From: Patescibacteria group bacterium
GTDB taxonomy: Bacteria; Patescibacteriota; WWE3; UBA101185; 2-01-FULL-41-18
Direction: 5' to 3'
DNA: 64,000 bases
NCBI GenBank assembly: GCA_038064575.1
Contig: JBBTST010000005.1
Coordinates: 1,382-65,381, forward strand
Part shown: positions 1-10,000 of the stretch, piece by piece
How positions within the stretch are numbered: position 1 is the stretch's first letter
Layout of the letters: every line of letters starts with the position of its first letter
Notes under the pieces: generated by a model
Told to the model about the DNA's origin: nothing
Database searches by the model: none
What the model saw: only the letters and a program-made list of their open reading frames with translations
Position numbers and translations under genes: made by a program

Positions 1-579
1 TAACTGTTTCTCGTCATCAACTACAGATTTTTCATCTATTCCCACGCTTCCATGAATTTCGTTTAATTTACATATCAGAGGAAATTTCAATTGTCCGCTT
101 AATATATCTGAGGCTGTGTTAAAGAGTTGATATCTGGGAACAGGCAGCCCAATTAGCTCAAGTAGTTTTTTTGTAAAATATTTATTGTGGGTTATTGATA
201 AACCTAGCATACCGGTTCCGGTGTAAGGAATTTCCAAAAGTTCAAGCAGAGCTGCAATTGTAGGTTCTAATTCTTCATGGCCTTTAACCGACTGCACTAA
301 ATTAAAAACCATATCCGGCTTTTCCACCTCCAGTATTTTGGATAGTTCATTACTTCCGGGATACACTTTTGCCCTAATGCCAATCCTTTCAATTAATTCG
401 GCTATTTTTTTAGCCTCATCAATTACACCTACTTCAGAAATAAATTGCTCTTCACTTGGAAAGTATTCCCTTTTCACTTCTGAATACAGCACTCCAACAA
501 ATTTAGGCAAATCAATTTCTTGATTGCTTATATTTGTGCTAGTTGTTTGTACTGCTGTTTGGGTAAATTTATTTTCCAT
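1..579 (-). CDS. ATP-grasp D-alanine--D-alanine ligase-like protein. N-terminal 193 codons only; the gene runs off the left edge of the window.
   Basis: Minus-strand frame is open from an ATG at 577-579 to position 1 (193 codons, translated by hand). It resembles the N-terminal half of Ddl-family ATP-grasp enzymes and of its neighbour at 647-1660 and the paralogue at 43675-44754. Confidence 0.55.
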   Translation of the reverse strand, partial: MENKFTQTAVQTTSTNISNQEIDLPKFVGVLYSEVKREYFPSEEQFISEVGVIDEAKKIAELIERIGIRAKVYPGSNELSKILEVEKPDMVFNLVQSVKGHEELEPTIAALLELLEIPYTGTGMLGLSITHNKYFTKKLLELIGLPVPRYQLFNTASDILSGQLKFPLICKLNEIHGSVGIDEKSVVDDEKQL

Positions 580-646
580 AAACAATTGTTATAATTTTAA
601 TCTTATTGAAATTTATTTCAAGAATTTTCCACAAAAATAGTGTTAT

Positions 647-1660
647 TTATTTTTGAAATTTATATCTTTCCAACGCACTTTTAATAATTTCAGCAATCAG
701 ACTTTGATATGTACCGCCTTTTACTCTCCATGCAAGTGGAAGATAACTAATTTCTTTCTCATTTGGATTCATTCCAGGTAAACTGTTTACTTCCAAAAAG
801 TACAACTTACCATTTTTGCCCAGTCTAAAATCTATTCTGGAAGCATCTTTTATGTTTAGTTGTGAATTTATAACAAGGCAAGTTTGGTAAATTTCTTCTT
901 CCATTTTTTTTGAAATTTTGGCTGGGCAATAGTATGCATCTTCAAGTCTTTTTAAACTATCTTCATATAACCACTTTAGCTCATACCCGGCAATTTTTTT
1001 AAAACCGATTGGCAAAAAATCAAACCTTTGCTCTATAATTGGAAGAATTTGATCCCCAACACTTCCCACGGTAAATTCCCTTCCATCTATAAACTCTTCA
1101 ACCAGCAATTCCCTCACACCCTTTGTAATAAGCTCTTTAGCCCTCCTCCTAAGTTGACCATTGTTTTCAACCACATTCTTGTCAAAAATCCATTTGCTGG
1201 ATCCTTCGCAGTTTGGTTTGGCAATCAATGGAAATAAAATACCTGGCGGAATGCTAAATTTTAGATTTTTAATTAAAAAGCACTCAGGTGTGGTAACTCC
1301 CTTAGCTTTCAAAATAAGCTTAGTGTAGTATTTATTGAGAGTAATAGCGTGTGTTGTAGGGCTGGAGTGTGTGTAAGGTATGCCAAGCATCTCACAAAAA
1401 AGGGGTATCTGACTTTCTCTGGCATCACCTTTTATCCCTTCCGCTATATTAAAAACTAAATCAATTTTCTTACGGGCTTTTCTTAATTTGGCAAACGCTC
1501 TCTCATCAGCTTCAATTTTGAGCACTTTATGCCCCAACTGCTCAATAATCCCAACAATAGAGTTAATTACATACCTCGAATCAAATTCTATATCTTGTTG
1601 GCTTTTTGGGCTTAGTGACGGCGTGGATTGCTTAACATTAAAGCAGAAGGCTATAGTCAT
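647..1660 (-). CDS. ATP-grasp ligase of the D-Ala-D-Ala ligase (Ddl) family
   Basis: 337-aa ORF with Ddl-like N-terminal and central ATP-grasp regions. It lies in tandem with a second Ddl-like gene at 1-579. Confidence 0.6.
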   Translation of the reverse strand: MTIAFCFNVKQSTPSLSPKSQQDIEFDSRYVINSIVGIIEQLGHKVLKIEADERAFAKLRKARKKIDLVFNIAEGIKGDARESQIPLFCEMLGIPYTHSSPTTHAITLNKYYTKLILKAKGVTTPECFLIKNLKFSIPPGILFPLIAKPNCEGSSKWIFDKNVVENNGQLRRRAKELITKGVRELLVEEFIDGREFTVGSVGDQILPIIEQRFDFLPIGFKKIAGYELKWLYEDSLKRLEDAYYCPAKISKKMEEEIYQTCLVINSQLNIKDASRIDFRLGKNGKLYFLEVNSLPGMNPNEKEISYLPLAWRVKGGTYQSLIAEIIKSALERYKFQK

Positions 1661-1743
1661 AAAGCTTAATATACAATAATTTTATTGACAGATAAACAAA
1701 AATGCCTAAAAATGAGGTCAAATTTAAAAGGGGGTGATTACTA

Positions 1744-1938
1744 GTGGATTTTTATTCAGTAAAGCATAGAAAAATGGTATCAGTTCCTGACACTGATGTT
1801 AAAAAGAAAGTTTTTCAGGTAAAAGGCAAGCCCAGATACGCAGTAGTTGCAAAATCTACTGTTGAAGGAACAGCCGTTTCCTTAACTAAGTTTGTGAGCA
1901 AAGTAGATTATGACAAATTAACAGCTCCTATGGCCTAA
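1744..1938 (+). CDS. small hypothetical protein (64 aa)
   Basis: GTG start preceded by a strong Shine-Dalgarno-like AAAGGGGGTGA at 1731-1741. No recognisable domain. Confidence 0.3.
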   Translation: MDFYSVKHRKMVSVPDTDVKKKVFQVKGKPRYAVVAKSTVEGTAVSLTKFVSKVDYDKLTAPMA

Positions 1939-2045
1939 CTTTAGGTTTAGGATTCTTCTTGCAAGTGATCTGACTTGCAAGAAAAGGCTTAAACTTTTGA
2001 ATAGCCCTGAAGGACCCGGTTTTAATTTCTTGCTATAATTACCTT

Positions 2046-3659
2046 ATGGATGACAATATTGCCAAAAATGTGAACATTTTGATTGATGAGCTCTGCAAAC
2101 CACCGGATAAGAGCCTATTTGACAGCAAAACCAATAAAATTGAGGTCAGCTCCGCAACAAGTATGGTCTCTACTATCTACGAGCGCATCAGAAATGTAAT
2201 AGACTTCAAAGACGAACATTTCATCAGAAGATTTGCCATCCAGCGCTTTTTAAGAGTTTACCTTTCCTCAAAATCAAATCCGGAAGAAACTTCTGAGATT
2301 TTGTATAAGGACTTGCTCAGAGGAAAATATATCAATGAGTCACATGTTTCAGACAGAAGAGCAGAAGAGATCTCCCAAATACTCAAAAGATACGTTTTTG
2401 CAAAACAGACATTAAATGAACTTAGAATTTCTGATAACCAGGGAACACTGTGGGATTTTATGCTTGGTGTTGCAGCCTCAGAAATTGAAAATGTTATAGA
2501 TCCAAACTACAAACCTGAAGTTTTTATTAAGCTTATGGCCCAATACATTCTCAAAGCATTGAGAGGTTCTAATCTTGACCTTTCACCTGAACAGGAAGGT
2601 ATACATGTTTTTATAGCTTGCCACAAAGCTTTGGTCAGGTCGGATTATGCAATTTTAAGATACCACGCCCTCAGAATTTTATATCCTCAGTTCTTTGGTG
2701 TTTTTGATGAGCAAACTGTAAAGGCGGTTGTCAAGAGCCTTCCGGATACCAAAAAATATGTTGACGGCATAATAAAAAGCAGGACTCAGGAAGTGCTGTC
2801 AATCCAGGTGAGAAAGCTTGCGCCTCCTTTTAAGGTTTTGTATGGCACGCTTGAAAAAAACAAGGATCGGGTTAGTTCAATTCTATTCTCTCCCCCCTTG
2901 CTAAGAGATAAAGCAGATGAATTTATGGAATCTTATTATGTTGAGCTCAAAAAAAAATTAAGCTTAAGAATTACCAGAACCCTAATCTATCTATTCATAA
3001 CAAAAATGCTTTTGGCTATATTAATTGAGGCTCCTGTTGATTTATATATAATAAAGCACGTCAATTATATTTCACTTGCAATCAATACTTTCTTCCCTGT
3101 TTTGCTTTTTTTCTTTATAGCTAAAAAAATCACCATTCCTGGTAGAGACAATTCCAATAAAATCCATGAGCTTATTCACATGGTTGTATATGAGGATAAG
3201 CTTTTTGCATCAGATTTGGAAGAAGCCCTGTTTAGAAAAAGGTTGCACGCAAATTATAAAGATAAAAGTTGGCTTTCTCTTGTTTACGCTGCTCTCTACA
3301 TCCTTGTTTATGGATTGATTGCTGTACTTCTTAGTAAAATAGGTTTCAATGTCACAAGCATTTTCCTCTTTTACTTCTTTGTTTCGGTTTTAAGCTTTTT
3401 TGCTTGGAATATCAGAGCAAGGAGTAAAGACCTTCAAATTATTGGAAAGAGAGATAATGTAATTGAAGCTATTTTAAATGTGGTGGCTCTGCCTATATTA
3501 AAGGTTGGTCAAATACTATCAGTTGAAGTTGCCAGATTTAACTTTTTCTCTCTTGCTTTTGACCTTATTTTAGAAGCGCCTTTTAAGATAATTGTTCAAT
3601 CAATTGAAGATCTAATTGATTTTCTTAAATCAAAACATGAAGAAGTAGTAGAAAACTAA
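2046..3659 (+). CDS. hypothetical integral membrane protein (537 aa)
   Basis: Long ORF with several hydrophobic helices in the C-terminal half. No family recognised. Confidence 0.5.
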   Translation: MDDNIAKNVNILIDELCKPPDKSLFDSKTNKIEVSSATSMVSTIYERIRNVIDFKDEHFIRRFAIQRFLRVYLSSKSNPEETSEILYKDLLRGKYINESHVSDRRAEEISQILKRYVFAKQTLNELRISDNQGTLWDFMLGVAASEIENVIDPNYKPEVFIKLMAQYILKALRGSNLDLSPEQEGIHVFIACHKALVRSDYAILRYHALRILYPQFFGVFDEQTVKAVVKSLPDTKKYVDGIIKSRTQEVLSIQVRKLAPPFKVLYGTLEKNKDRVSSILFSPPLLRDKADEFMESYYVELKKKLSLRITRTLIYLFITKMLLAILIEAPVDLYIIKHVNYISLAINTFFPVLLFFFIAKKITIPGRDNSNKIHELIHMVVYEDKLFASDLEEALFRKRLHANYKDKSWLSLVYAALYILVYGLIAVLLSKIGFNVTSIFLFYFFVSVLSFFAWNIRARSKDLQIIGKRDNVIEAILNVVALPILKVGQILSVEVARFNFFSLAFDLILEAPFKIIVQSIEDLIDFLKSKHEEVVEN

Positions 3660-3662
3660 GCT

Positions 3663-4655
3663 TCAAACGCTCTTCTTATTTAGCATATTAACAGCAAAGT
3701 CGGTAAGAGTTCTGCCTGTTGTGGTTTTTCTTACAAGCCCTAATTTTATAAGATAAGGTTCAATAACCTCCTCAACAGTATGTTCATCTTCAGAAAGGGC
3801 AGCGGAAAGAGTACTCAGTCCTGCAGGTCCATTCTTAAATTTTTCATTTAATACCCTTAAGTATTTGATGTCCTCGCTTTCAAGTCCAAACTCATCAATT
3901 CCAAGAAAGCTCAAAATTTCATCAACAAAGCTTTTATTTAGATCTTTTTGGTGTACCTCGCTATAATCCCTCATTCTTTTGAGAATTCTGTTTGCAATTC
4001 TTGGTGTTCCCCTTGCTCTTTTGGCAATTTGCATTGCCAGGGCTTGATCAAGCTCCAACATCATTATCTTTGCGCTTCTTTTGAGAATTTTGCTTAACTC
4101 ATCATCAGTATAATAGTCAAGTCTAAAAACAGCACCAAACCTATCTCTCAAAGGGTTTGAAATGTTGCCAATTTTTGTTGTTGCTCCAACAAGAGTAAAT
4201 TTAGGCAGATCAAGTCTTACTGTTCTTGCAGATGGTCCCTTGCCAATAATTATGTCAATGGCAAAGTCCTCCATAGCAGGATAAATTGTTTCCTCAACAT
4301 TTTTTGTGAGCCTGTGGATTTCATCAATAAACAACACATCATTTTCTTCTAAATTAGTTAGTATTGAGGCAAGGTCCCCTGCTCTGGTTATAGCAGGTCC
4401 TGAAGTTATTTTAAGATTTGAGCCAATCTCATTTGCAATAATATGGGCAACCGTAGTCTTTCCAATTCCAGGAGGGCCATAAAACAGCACATGGTCCAAA
4501 TGCTCCTCCCGTTTTTTTGCAGCTTCAATCATAACAAGCAAATTATTAAGTATCTTTTTTTGCCCAACAAAATCAGTAAATTTTTTGGGTCTTAGCGTAT
4601 TGTCCGCCTCCAAAAGCTCATTTATCTTTTTTGTATCAATTTTTTCTTTTGTCAT
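3663..4655 (-). CDS. ruvB: Holliday junction branch migration ATPase RuvB
   Basis: Walker A GPPGIGKTT and the AAA+ RuvB signature region (LFIDEIHRL). It sits in the conserved ruvC-ruvA-ruvB arrangement. Confidence 0.9.
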   Translation of the reverse strand: MTKEKIDTKKINELLEADNTLRPKKFTDFVGQKKILNNLLVMIEAAKKREEHLDHVLFYGPPGIGKTTVAHIIANEIGSNLKITSGPAITRAGDLASILTNLEENDVLFIDEIHRLTKNVEETIYPAMEDFAIDIIIGKGPSARTVRLDLPKFTLVGATTKIGNISNPLRDRFGAVFRLDYYTDDELSKILKRSAKIMMLELDQALAMQIAKRARGTPRIANRILKRMRDYSEVHQKDLNKSFVDEILSFLGIDEFGLESEDIKYLRVLNEKFKNGPAGLSTLSAALSEDEHTVEEVIEPYLIKLGLVRKTTTGRTLTDFAVNMLNKKSV

Positions 4656-5202
4656 TTTTTAAACTTAATTTAATTCTTTGACTTAGAGGAAGAGTAGAAT
4701 CTATAGTCTCCCCCATTTGAGAAGCTTCTTTTTTGGTAAATCCCAGGCCCATGAGTGCATCTACAAGTTCATTATCGGTAGCATTTAGTGAAAGTTCGCT
4801 GATTTTGCCAAGTTTTGGTTGAAGTTCTAAAATTATTTTCTGTGCTAGTTTTTTCCCAATACCTGAAACTTCCGTAAAAAGCTGGGTTTGTGCCTTTTGT
4901 ATGGCTCTAACAATTTCAGAAACTCTAAAGGACTTTGTAATGTTCATAGCTGTCTTTGGCCCCACCCCTGATACACTCAGTAAATGCTCAAACATTTTCA
5001 AATCTTCTTCATTGATAAAGCCATACAAGCAGATACTATCTTCTTTTACCTCGGTGTGAATTTCAAAGTTCACACTTTCATTAATTGTAAGTGAGGAAAG
5101 AGTATCAGTTGAAATATAAACTTTATAACCAACCCCATTAACCAAAACAACAGCAAAATCATCTGTCTTCTTCAGTACTTTTCCGGAAAGGAAGGAAATC
5201 AT
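4636..5202 (-). CDS. ruvA: Holliday junction DNA helicase subunit RuvA
   Basis: 188 aa with an HhH-motif region (SGVGPKTAM...SGIGKKLAQKII). It overlaps the ruvB start by 20 nt. Confidence 0.85.
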   Translation of the reverse strand: MISFLSGKVLKKTDDFAVVLVNGVGYKVYISTDTLSSLTINESVNFEIHTEVKEDSICLYGFINEEDLKMFEHLLSVSGVGPKTAMNITKSFRVSEIVRAIQKAQTQLFTEVSGIGKKLAQKIILELQPKLGKISELSLNATDNELVDALMGLGFTKKEASQMGETIDSTLPLSQRIKLSLKNDKRKN

Positions 5203-5226
5203 AAGTGTTTTGACTATATCAGATGC

Positions 5227-5700
5227 TTATAAGATTGAGTAGCCGGCACATAAAGCTATTGCAAGCGCATCTGAAATATCATCAGGTTTTGGTATTTGTT
5301 TAAGCCTAAGACTGCTTTTAACCATACTTTCAACCTGCTTTTTATCAGCTCTTCCATAGCCGGTAATAGCAATTTTCACTTGCAAAGGAGTATATTCAAC
5401 CACTTTTATATTATTGATAATCGCTGTCAACAAAATTGCCCCGCTTGCTCTGCCAACGCTCATGGCTGTTTTTGGATTGGTGTTAAAAAAAAGAGACTCC
5501 AGAGCTAACAAATCAGGTCTTATAATCTTGAGTTTGCTATCCAGTGCCTTGTATATCTCAAATAGTCTTTCACCAATAGCTAAGTCTTTGGCAGTTTCTA
5601 TACAAAAGTACTCCAAAGCCTTAAAGGAGGTCTTTTTTGAACCTTCAATTACCCCCACACCAACTCTTGCAGTCCCCGGATCAATGCCAACAATTTTCAT
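5227..5700 (-). CDS. ruvC: crossover junction endodeoxyribonuclease RuvC
   Basis: 157 aa with the N-terminal MKIVGIDPGTARVGVGV motif typical of RuvC resolvases. Adjacent to ruvA. Confidence 0.85.
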   Translation of the reverse strand: MKIVGIDPGTARVGVGVIEGSKKTSFKALEYFCIETAKDLAIGERLFEIYKALDSKLKIIRPDLLALESLFFNTNPKTAMSVGRASGAILLTAIINNIKVVEYTPLQVKIAITGYGRADKKQVESMVKSSLRLKQIPKPDDISDALAIALCAGYSIL

Positions 5701-6785
5701 GCCTTAATAGTACTATATAAGTCGGATACTCTTCTCATAAGGCTGGAATAGAAAAACAAATTATGAATTGTTGCTAGCCTTAAAGCCAGTACATCTTTAA
5801 TTCTAAACAGATGATTTATATACGCTCTGGAATAGTTTTGACATGTGTAACAGCGGCAAAAGGTGCTTATAGGGCTAAAATCCTGCTCAAACTCTTTTTT
5901 ATTTATATAAATGTATGAAAAAAAACCTCTATCCTCCAAATTTGTCAGTTTCAAAGGCTCTTCATTAAACACATAAAGCCTTTTATGCCTGGCATCTCTT
6001 GTAGGCAGCACACAGTCAAAAATTTTATAACCCATTTTTGTACACTTTGCTATTTCATGCGGAAGTCCTACTCCCAGTGCATATTTTGGCTTGTTGTGAG
6101 GAATTAGTGAGGAAACATAGTTAAGATACTCACTATCAAGCTCATTGGTTCTGGTCATTGGCCACCCTCCAAACCCAAAGCCATCAAAACCTATTTCCAA
6201 AAGTTCCTCAGCGCATCTTTTTCTTAAGTCCTTGTGAGCCCCTCCCTGTATAACCGCAAATAAGAGCGGTTTGTTTGCTAAGTTGTGTATTTGAACCTGG
6301 TCCTCAAATCTATCCTTACATCTTTTGGCCCAGGCAATAGTTCGCTCAACGCTCACCTCAATTTCCGCTCTTGAAGCATCCATCTTGGGACAATCATCAA
6401 GGCAAATCATAATATCCGAACCAATTTTAAATTGAGTATCAATACACATCTCGGGCGTAAAAGCTATTTTTGGAGAATTTGGCGCAGTTAAGTTTATTCC
6501 TTCATCTGCCATAGTGCCAAACTTTTTGTTTTTTCTGATTAAAGAAAACACTTGAAAACCCCCCGAGTCTGAAATAACAAAACCATCATAGCTCATGAAT
6601 TTTTTTATACCTCCCGCTTTAGCTAAAATGTCAGAGCCGGGTGAAAACAATAAATGATAGGTGTTTACCACAATGCCTTTAGTGCTGGTATTTTGAAGAT
6701 CCGTAGAATCTATAGTTTTTAAAACGCCTCTTGTAGCATCAGGAAAAAAGTGTGGGTTTTTGATTAAGTTTGAAATGGAAGTCAT
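5697..6785 (-). CDS. tgt: queuine tRNA-ribosyltransferase
   Basis: 362 aa with a TIM-barrel TGT signature (FMSYDGF..SDSGGFQV) and a C-terminal zinc site (CxCxxC...H). Overlaps the ruvC start by 4 nt. Confidence 0.85.
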   Translation of the reverse strand: MTSISNLIKNPHFFPDATRGVLKTIDSTDLQNTSTKGIVVNTYHLLFSPGSDILAKAGGIKKFMSYDGFVISDSGGFQVFSLIRKNKKFGTMADEGINLTAPNSPKIAFTPEMCIDTQFKIGSDIMICLDDCPKMDASRAEIEVSVERTIAWAKRCKDRFEDQVQIHNLANKPLLFAVIQGGAHKDLRKRCAEELLEIGFDGFGFGGWPMTRTNELDSEYLNYVSSLIPHNKPKYALGVGLPHEIAKCTKMGYKIFDCVLPTRDARHKRLYVFNEEPLKLTNLEDRGFFSYIYINKKEFEQDFSPISTFCRCYTCQNYSRAYINHLFRIKDVLALRLATIHNLFFYSSLMRRVSDLYSTIKA

Positions 6786-6864
6786 GATCGCAACTTTATA
6801 TCAGTTTTTTGTTTACTTGAAAATAATATTAGGCTTATGGGGGATAAACCTAATATAAATGAGC

Positions 6865-7095
6865 TTAGAGTTTCCTGAGTTGAGGTATTGGTACAGCGTG
6901 AGCCTGACCATGAGGATAATCAAAGCCCCTAAATTTAACTGAAACTAAATGGGCTTTTCCTCTGGTTTGTTCGTGATCCACAACCTCACCCTCTGTACCA
7001 ACCATAACGCTCCTAAAAAAATCTGAGTGTGCTATTAACTCAACCCTAGTCCCTCTTTGCAAATCCTTTTTAGAAAGCTGAACCTGGTCTGTCAT
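6865..7095 (-). CDS. small hypothetical protein
   Basis: The ORF track lists a 109-aa frame overlapping the end of sodA. The internal Met (MTDQVQ...) gives a non-overlapping ~76-aa product just downstream of sodA. No domain recognised. Confidence 0.2.
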   Translation of the reverse strand: MTDQVQLSKKDLQRGTRVELIAHSDFFRSVMVGTEGEVVDHEQTRGKAHLVSVKFRGFDYPHGQAHAVPIPQLRKL

Positions 7096-7744
7096 CTTCT
7101 TTTTTGTGTCTCCATTTCTTTCTGGTATTTTTAGCTTGCAGGTAAAGTTCTGTTGCCTTATCCCAGTTGATAATGTTCCACCAGGAAGCAACATAATCGG
7201 CTCGTCTGTTTTGGTAATTTAGATAATAAGCGTGCTCCCACACGTCCAAACCCAGTATCACATCCTCATGATCTATCACAGGAGAGTCCTGATTGGGTGT
7301 TGATTTAACCTCTAATTCATCATTTATATCTAACACAACCCATGCCCATCCGCTTCCAAATCTACCCAGAGCCACTTTTGTAAACACTTCTTTAAAACCG
7401 TCAAAGGAGCCATATTTAGCCTTCAGCGCATCCAAAAGCACTCCATCAGGCTCTTTCTTTGCATTGGGGGTAAGCATTGCCCAAAACAAACTGTGGTTGT
7501 AGTGTCCCCCGCCATTATTTCTGACAACGGTTCTAATGTCCTCAGGCACCTCATCCAAATTAGCAAGCATTTCCATAATAGTTTTTACATGCAGCTTATG
7601 ATGAAGTGCAAGTGCATTGTTTAAATTGGTAACATAGGCATCGTGATGTTTTGTATGATGAATTTCCATGGTTTTAGCATCAATAAACGGCTCTAAAGCA
7701 CTATAATCATATGTAAGTTTAGGCAGTTCAAATCTAAAAATCAT
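7070..7744 (-). CDS. sodA: Fe/Mn superoxide dismutase
   Basis: Metal ligand motifs are present: HHTKHH near the N-terminus and DVWEHAYY near the C-terminus. Confidence 0.85.
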   Translation of the reverse strand: MIFRFELPKLTYDYSALEPFIDAKTMEIHHTKHHDAYVTNLNNALALHHKLHVKTIMEMLANLDEVPEDIRTVVRNNGGGHYNHSLFWAMLTPNAKKEPDGVLLDALKAKYGSFDGFKEVFTKVALGRFGSGWAWVVLDINDELEVKSTPNQDSPVIDHEDVILGLDVWEHAYYLNYQNRRADYVASWWNIINWDKATELYLQAKNTRKKWRHKKEDDRPGSAF

Positions 7745-7818
7745 AGTTTAAGCTTCTTATGACATTATATTTTGAAAATGAACTTTGGCAAGGAAGAAGT
7801 TTAAAAAAAGGCTCTCCC

Positions 7819-8970
7819 CTACTCTTCAACAATTTCTCCTTCAACAAGAGCCATTGTATCAAGTCCTTTTTCTTTTCGTAACTCCTCAATCTTTTTAAGG
7901 CTTCTATCAAGCATAGTTTTTCTGGTTGTAGTAAGTCCATTAAACTCTTCTTGAGTTTCTTCAATCTTCTTACCAAGTTTATCAAAGGCTTTTATATACA
8001 TTTCCCAATTCTTATAAAAGCCTGCAAGCAGCTGAATTATGTTGCTTGAGGTTTTTTCCAGATTAAAATTATCAATAGTCTGTCTTATCAAAGACAGAAT
8101 TGCATAAAGTGTAATTGGAGAACAAATCACAACTCTATTTTTAAGGGCATCGTCTAACAATGCCGAATCTGCCTCATTCAAAAATGAATAAATTTGTTCA
8201 TTGGGGATAAACACAAGCACATAATCAAGAGTCTTTTCTTGGGGATTAATATACTCCCTCCCGGTAACTGATTTGATTTGATTCCTAACATCTTTAGAAA
8301 AAGCGGTTTTATAATTTTCTCTCTCACTAGTATCTTCTGACTCTAAGTATTTCAGGTAGTTATCATACGGAAATTTAACATCCATATTTATTTTCATTCC
8401 CTGAGGGAGCAAAAATGTAAAATCAGGACGCTTAAGACTGGTATCCATTACTTTTTGTTTAATATAATTCACATTTTCAATAAATCCGGATAACCTTAAC
8501 ACATCTTCAGCCATTCTTTCACCCCAGTTTCCCCTTGATTTGGTGCCTGACAAGGCTCTTTTTAGCTCAAAGGTTGTTTCATGCAATTTGGAAGTTTCCT
8601 CAGTTGCTTTTTTTAATACATTTTGTAATTCTCCGTATTTTTCAGATCTATCTTTCTCAAGGCTGGTCATTAGGTTTTGCACTTTTTCAAGCTCCTTTTT
8701 CATGTCATCCCTCACATCACTTAAACTCTTATCTATCAATGATTTTTTTTCATCAAGTTCTTTTGTATTTTGATTTACATGGTTATAAAACTTTTCCCCG
8801 GCAATTTTGATAAATTCATCAGACGCCTTACTTAAAGCATCAAGTGATGTAGTGGACATAAAATCTTTAAGTGAATTATCAGAAGAAGGGTTTTTAAGCA
8901 GTTTTAAAAGAAGAATAGCAAACCCAAGTCCTATTAAAAACCCTATTATAAAGGCAAGTGCAAGTTCCAT
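7819..8970 (-). CDS. rmuC: DNA recombination protein RmuC
   Basis: 383 aa with an N-terminal TM helix, a long coiled-coil and a C-terminal RmuC-type nuclease-like region. Confidence 0.75.
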   Translation of the reverse strand: MELALAFIIGFLIGLGFAILLLKLLKNPSSDNSLKDFMSTTSLDALSKASDEFIKIAGEKFYNHVNQNTKELDEKKSLIDKSLSDVRDDMKKELEKVQNLMTSLEKDRSEKYGELQNVLKKATEETSKLHETTFELKRALSGTKSRGNWGERMAEDVLRLSGFIENVNYIKQKVMDTSLKRPDFTFLLPQGMKINMDVKFPYDNYLKYLESEDTSERENYKTAFSKDVRNQIKSVTGREYINPQEKTLDYVLVFIPNEQIYSFLNEADSALLDDALKNRVVICSPITLYAILSLIRQTIDNFNLEKTSSNIIQLLAGFYKNWEMYIKAFDKLGKKIEETQEEFNGLTTTRKTMLDRSLKKIEELRKEKGLDTMALVEGEIVEE

Positions 8971-9018
8971 GCTGTTATTTTACCAGTTTTTTTAAGTAAA
9001 TTTTTAAGTTCGGAAGGT

Positions 9019-9474
9019 TTATTTTTTCTTATCCCAATTGGCATCATTAGTGGCGCCACAAACACACTCTGTTTTCAAAAGGCTGTATTCCCCTCCCCCA
9101 CAGCCTTTGAGCGCAAGACAGGCACCAAGCATAGAAAGGGGAAGTTCCCACGTACCAAAGGGGAGCTTTGTGTGAACTAAAAAAATGGCAAAAACCATAT
9201 TAACAGCAAGTAGAAGAGCAAAGAACCGTGTATATACGCCAAGAATTATCATAAACCCGCCAATAAGTTCTAAAAAAGTTATGAAATAAGCCCAAAATAG
9301 TGGAAAAAGGAGCTTAAGATTAGTAAACATGGTTATAGTTTTTTCCATGTCTTCCAGTTTGGAATACCCATGTCTAATAAAGACAAATCCCACGGCAAGC
9401 CTTAGAGCTAATAACCCAATATTTTTCATGGTTGGAGTACAGCAATATGATTTCATATTTGGATAGTAATTCAT
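9019..9474 (-). CDS. DoxX family membrane protein
   Basis: 151 aa with four hydrophobic segments, matching the DoxX-like pattern. Confidence 0.55.
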   Translation of the reverse strand: MNYYPNMKSYCCTPTMKNIGLLALRLAVGFVFIRHGYSKLEDMEKTITMFTNLKLLFPLFWAYFITFLELIGGFMIILGVYTRFFALLLAVNMVFAIFLVHTKLPFGTWELPLSMLGACLALKGCGGGEYSLLKTECVCGATNDANWDKKK

Positions 9475-9513
9475 TCTTTACAGGAATTCAAGAAGGATGA
9501 AAGGGAGGTTGCC

Positions 9514-9936
9514 CTACCCAATCATCCTTTTGATAAACACCACTCCATTCAGAACAAAAAACTTAATTCCCGTAACTGAAGCTACGGCAATTAGGTTTGA
9601 AAGCTGAAAATGAAGACCTTTGGAAGTTGCCCAATCAAAAACCCAAACGCTTAACATTCCCAGGAAAATCATAATCAGCGCAAATTTCACCATTCTTTTT
9701 CCCAGCTCTTTTGGTGTGGCTTTTCTGTCACGCCAAGTGATTAAGGAATTCACAGCAAAACTCAAAGTGTAGGTTAGACAGGCTTCTGTGCGCTTTGCCA
9801 CAGACTCATCCCATCCATACACCCCTACAAATTGAGCCATTAGTTTGTAGCTTAATATGTAGATGAAAATTCCTATCAGCAAAAACCAAAAAAGCCTCTC
9901 AAGAAGTTTTAGCCCTTTCATGTCACTCTCCTTCAA
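9514..9936 (-). CDS. GtrA-like small membrane protein
   Basis: 140 aa with four predicted TM helices. Size and topology fit the GtrA family. Confidence 0.45.
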   Translation of the reverse strand: MKESDMKGLKLLERLFWFLLIGIFIYILSYKLMAQFVGVYGWDESVAKRTEACLTYTLSFAVNSLITWRDRKATPKELGKRMVKFALIMIFLGMLSVWVFDWATSKGLHFQLSNLIAVASVTGIKFFVLNGVVFIKRMIG

Positions 9937-10000
9937 GTGATTTTCAGGAATTTTACCCCAATCTTACCCTTTCTCAAAATCTGCTCTATACTTACCCAAT

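Noticed and set aside
338-523. 61-aa plus-strand ORF
   Set aside because: It lies entirely antisense within the well-supported partial ATP-grasp gene (1-579, minus) and has low-complexity composition. Almost certainly spurious.
7734-7985. 83-aa ORF overlapping the 3' end of rmuC
   Set aside because: Embedded out of frame in rmuC, lysine-rich and with no RBS. Judged spurious.
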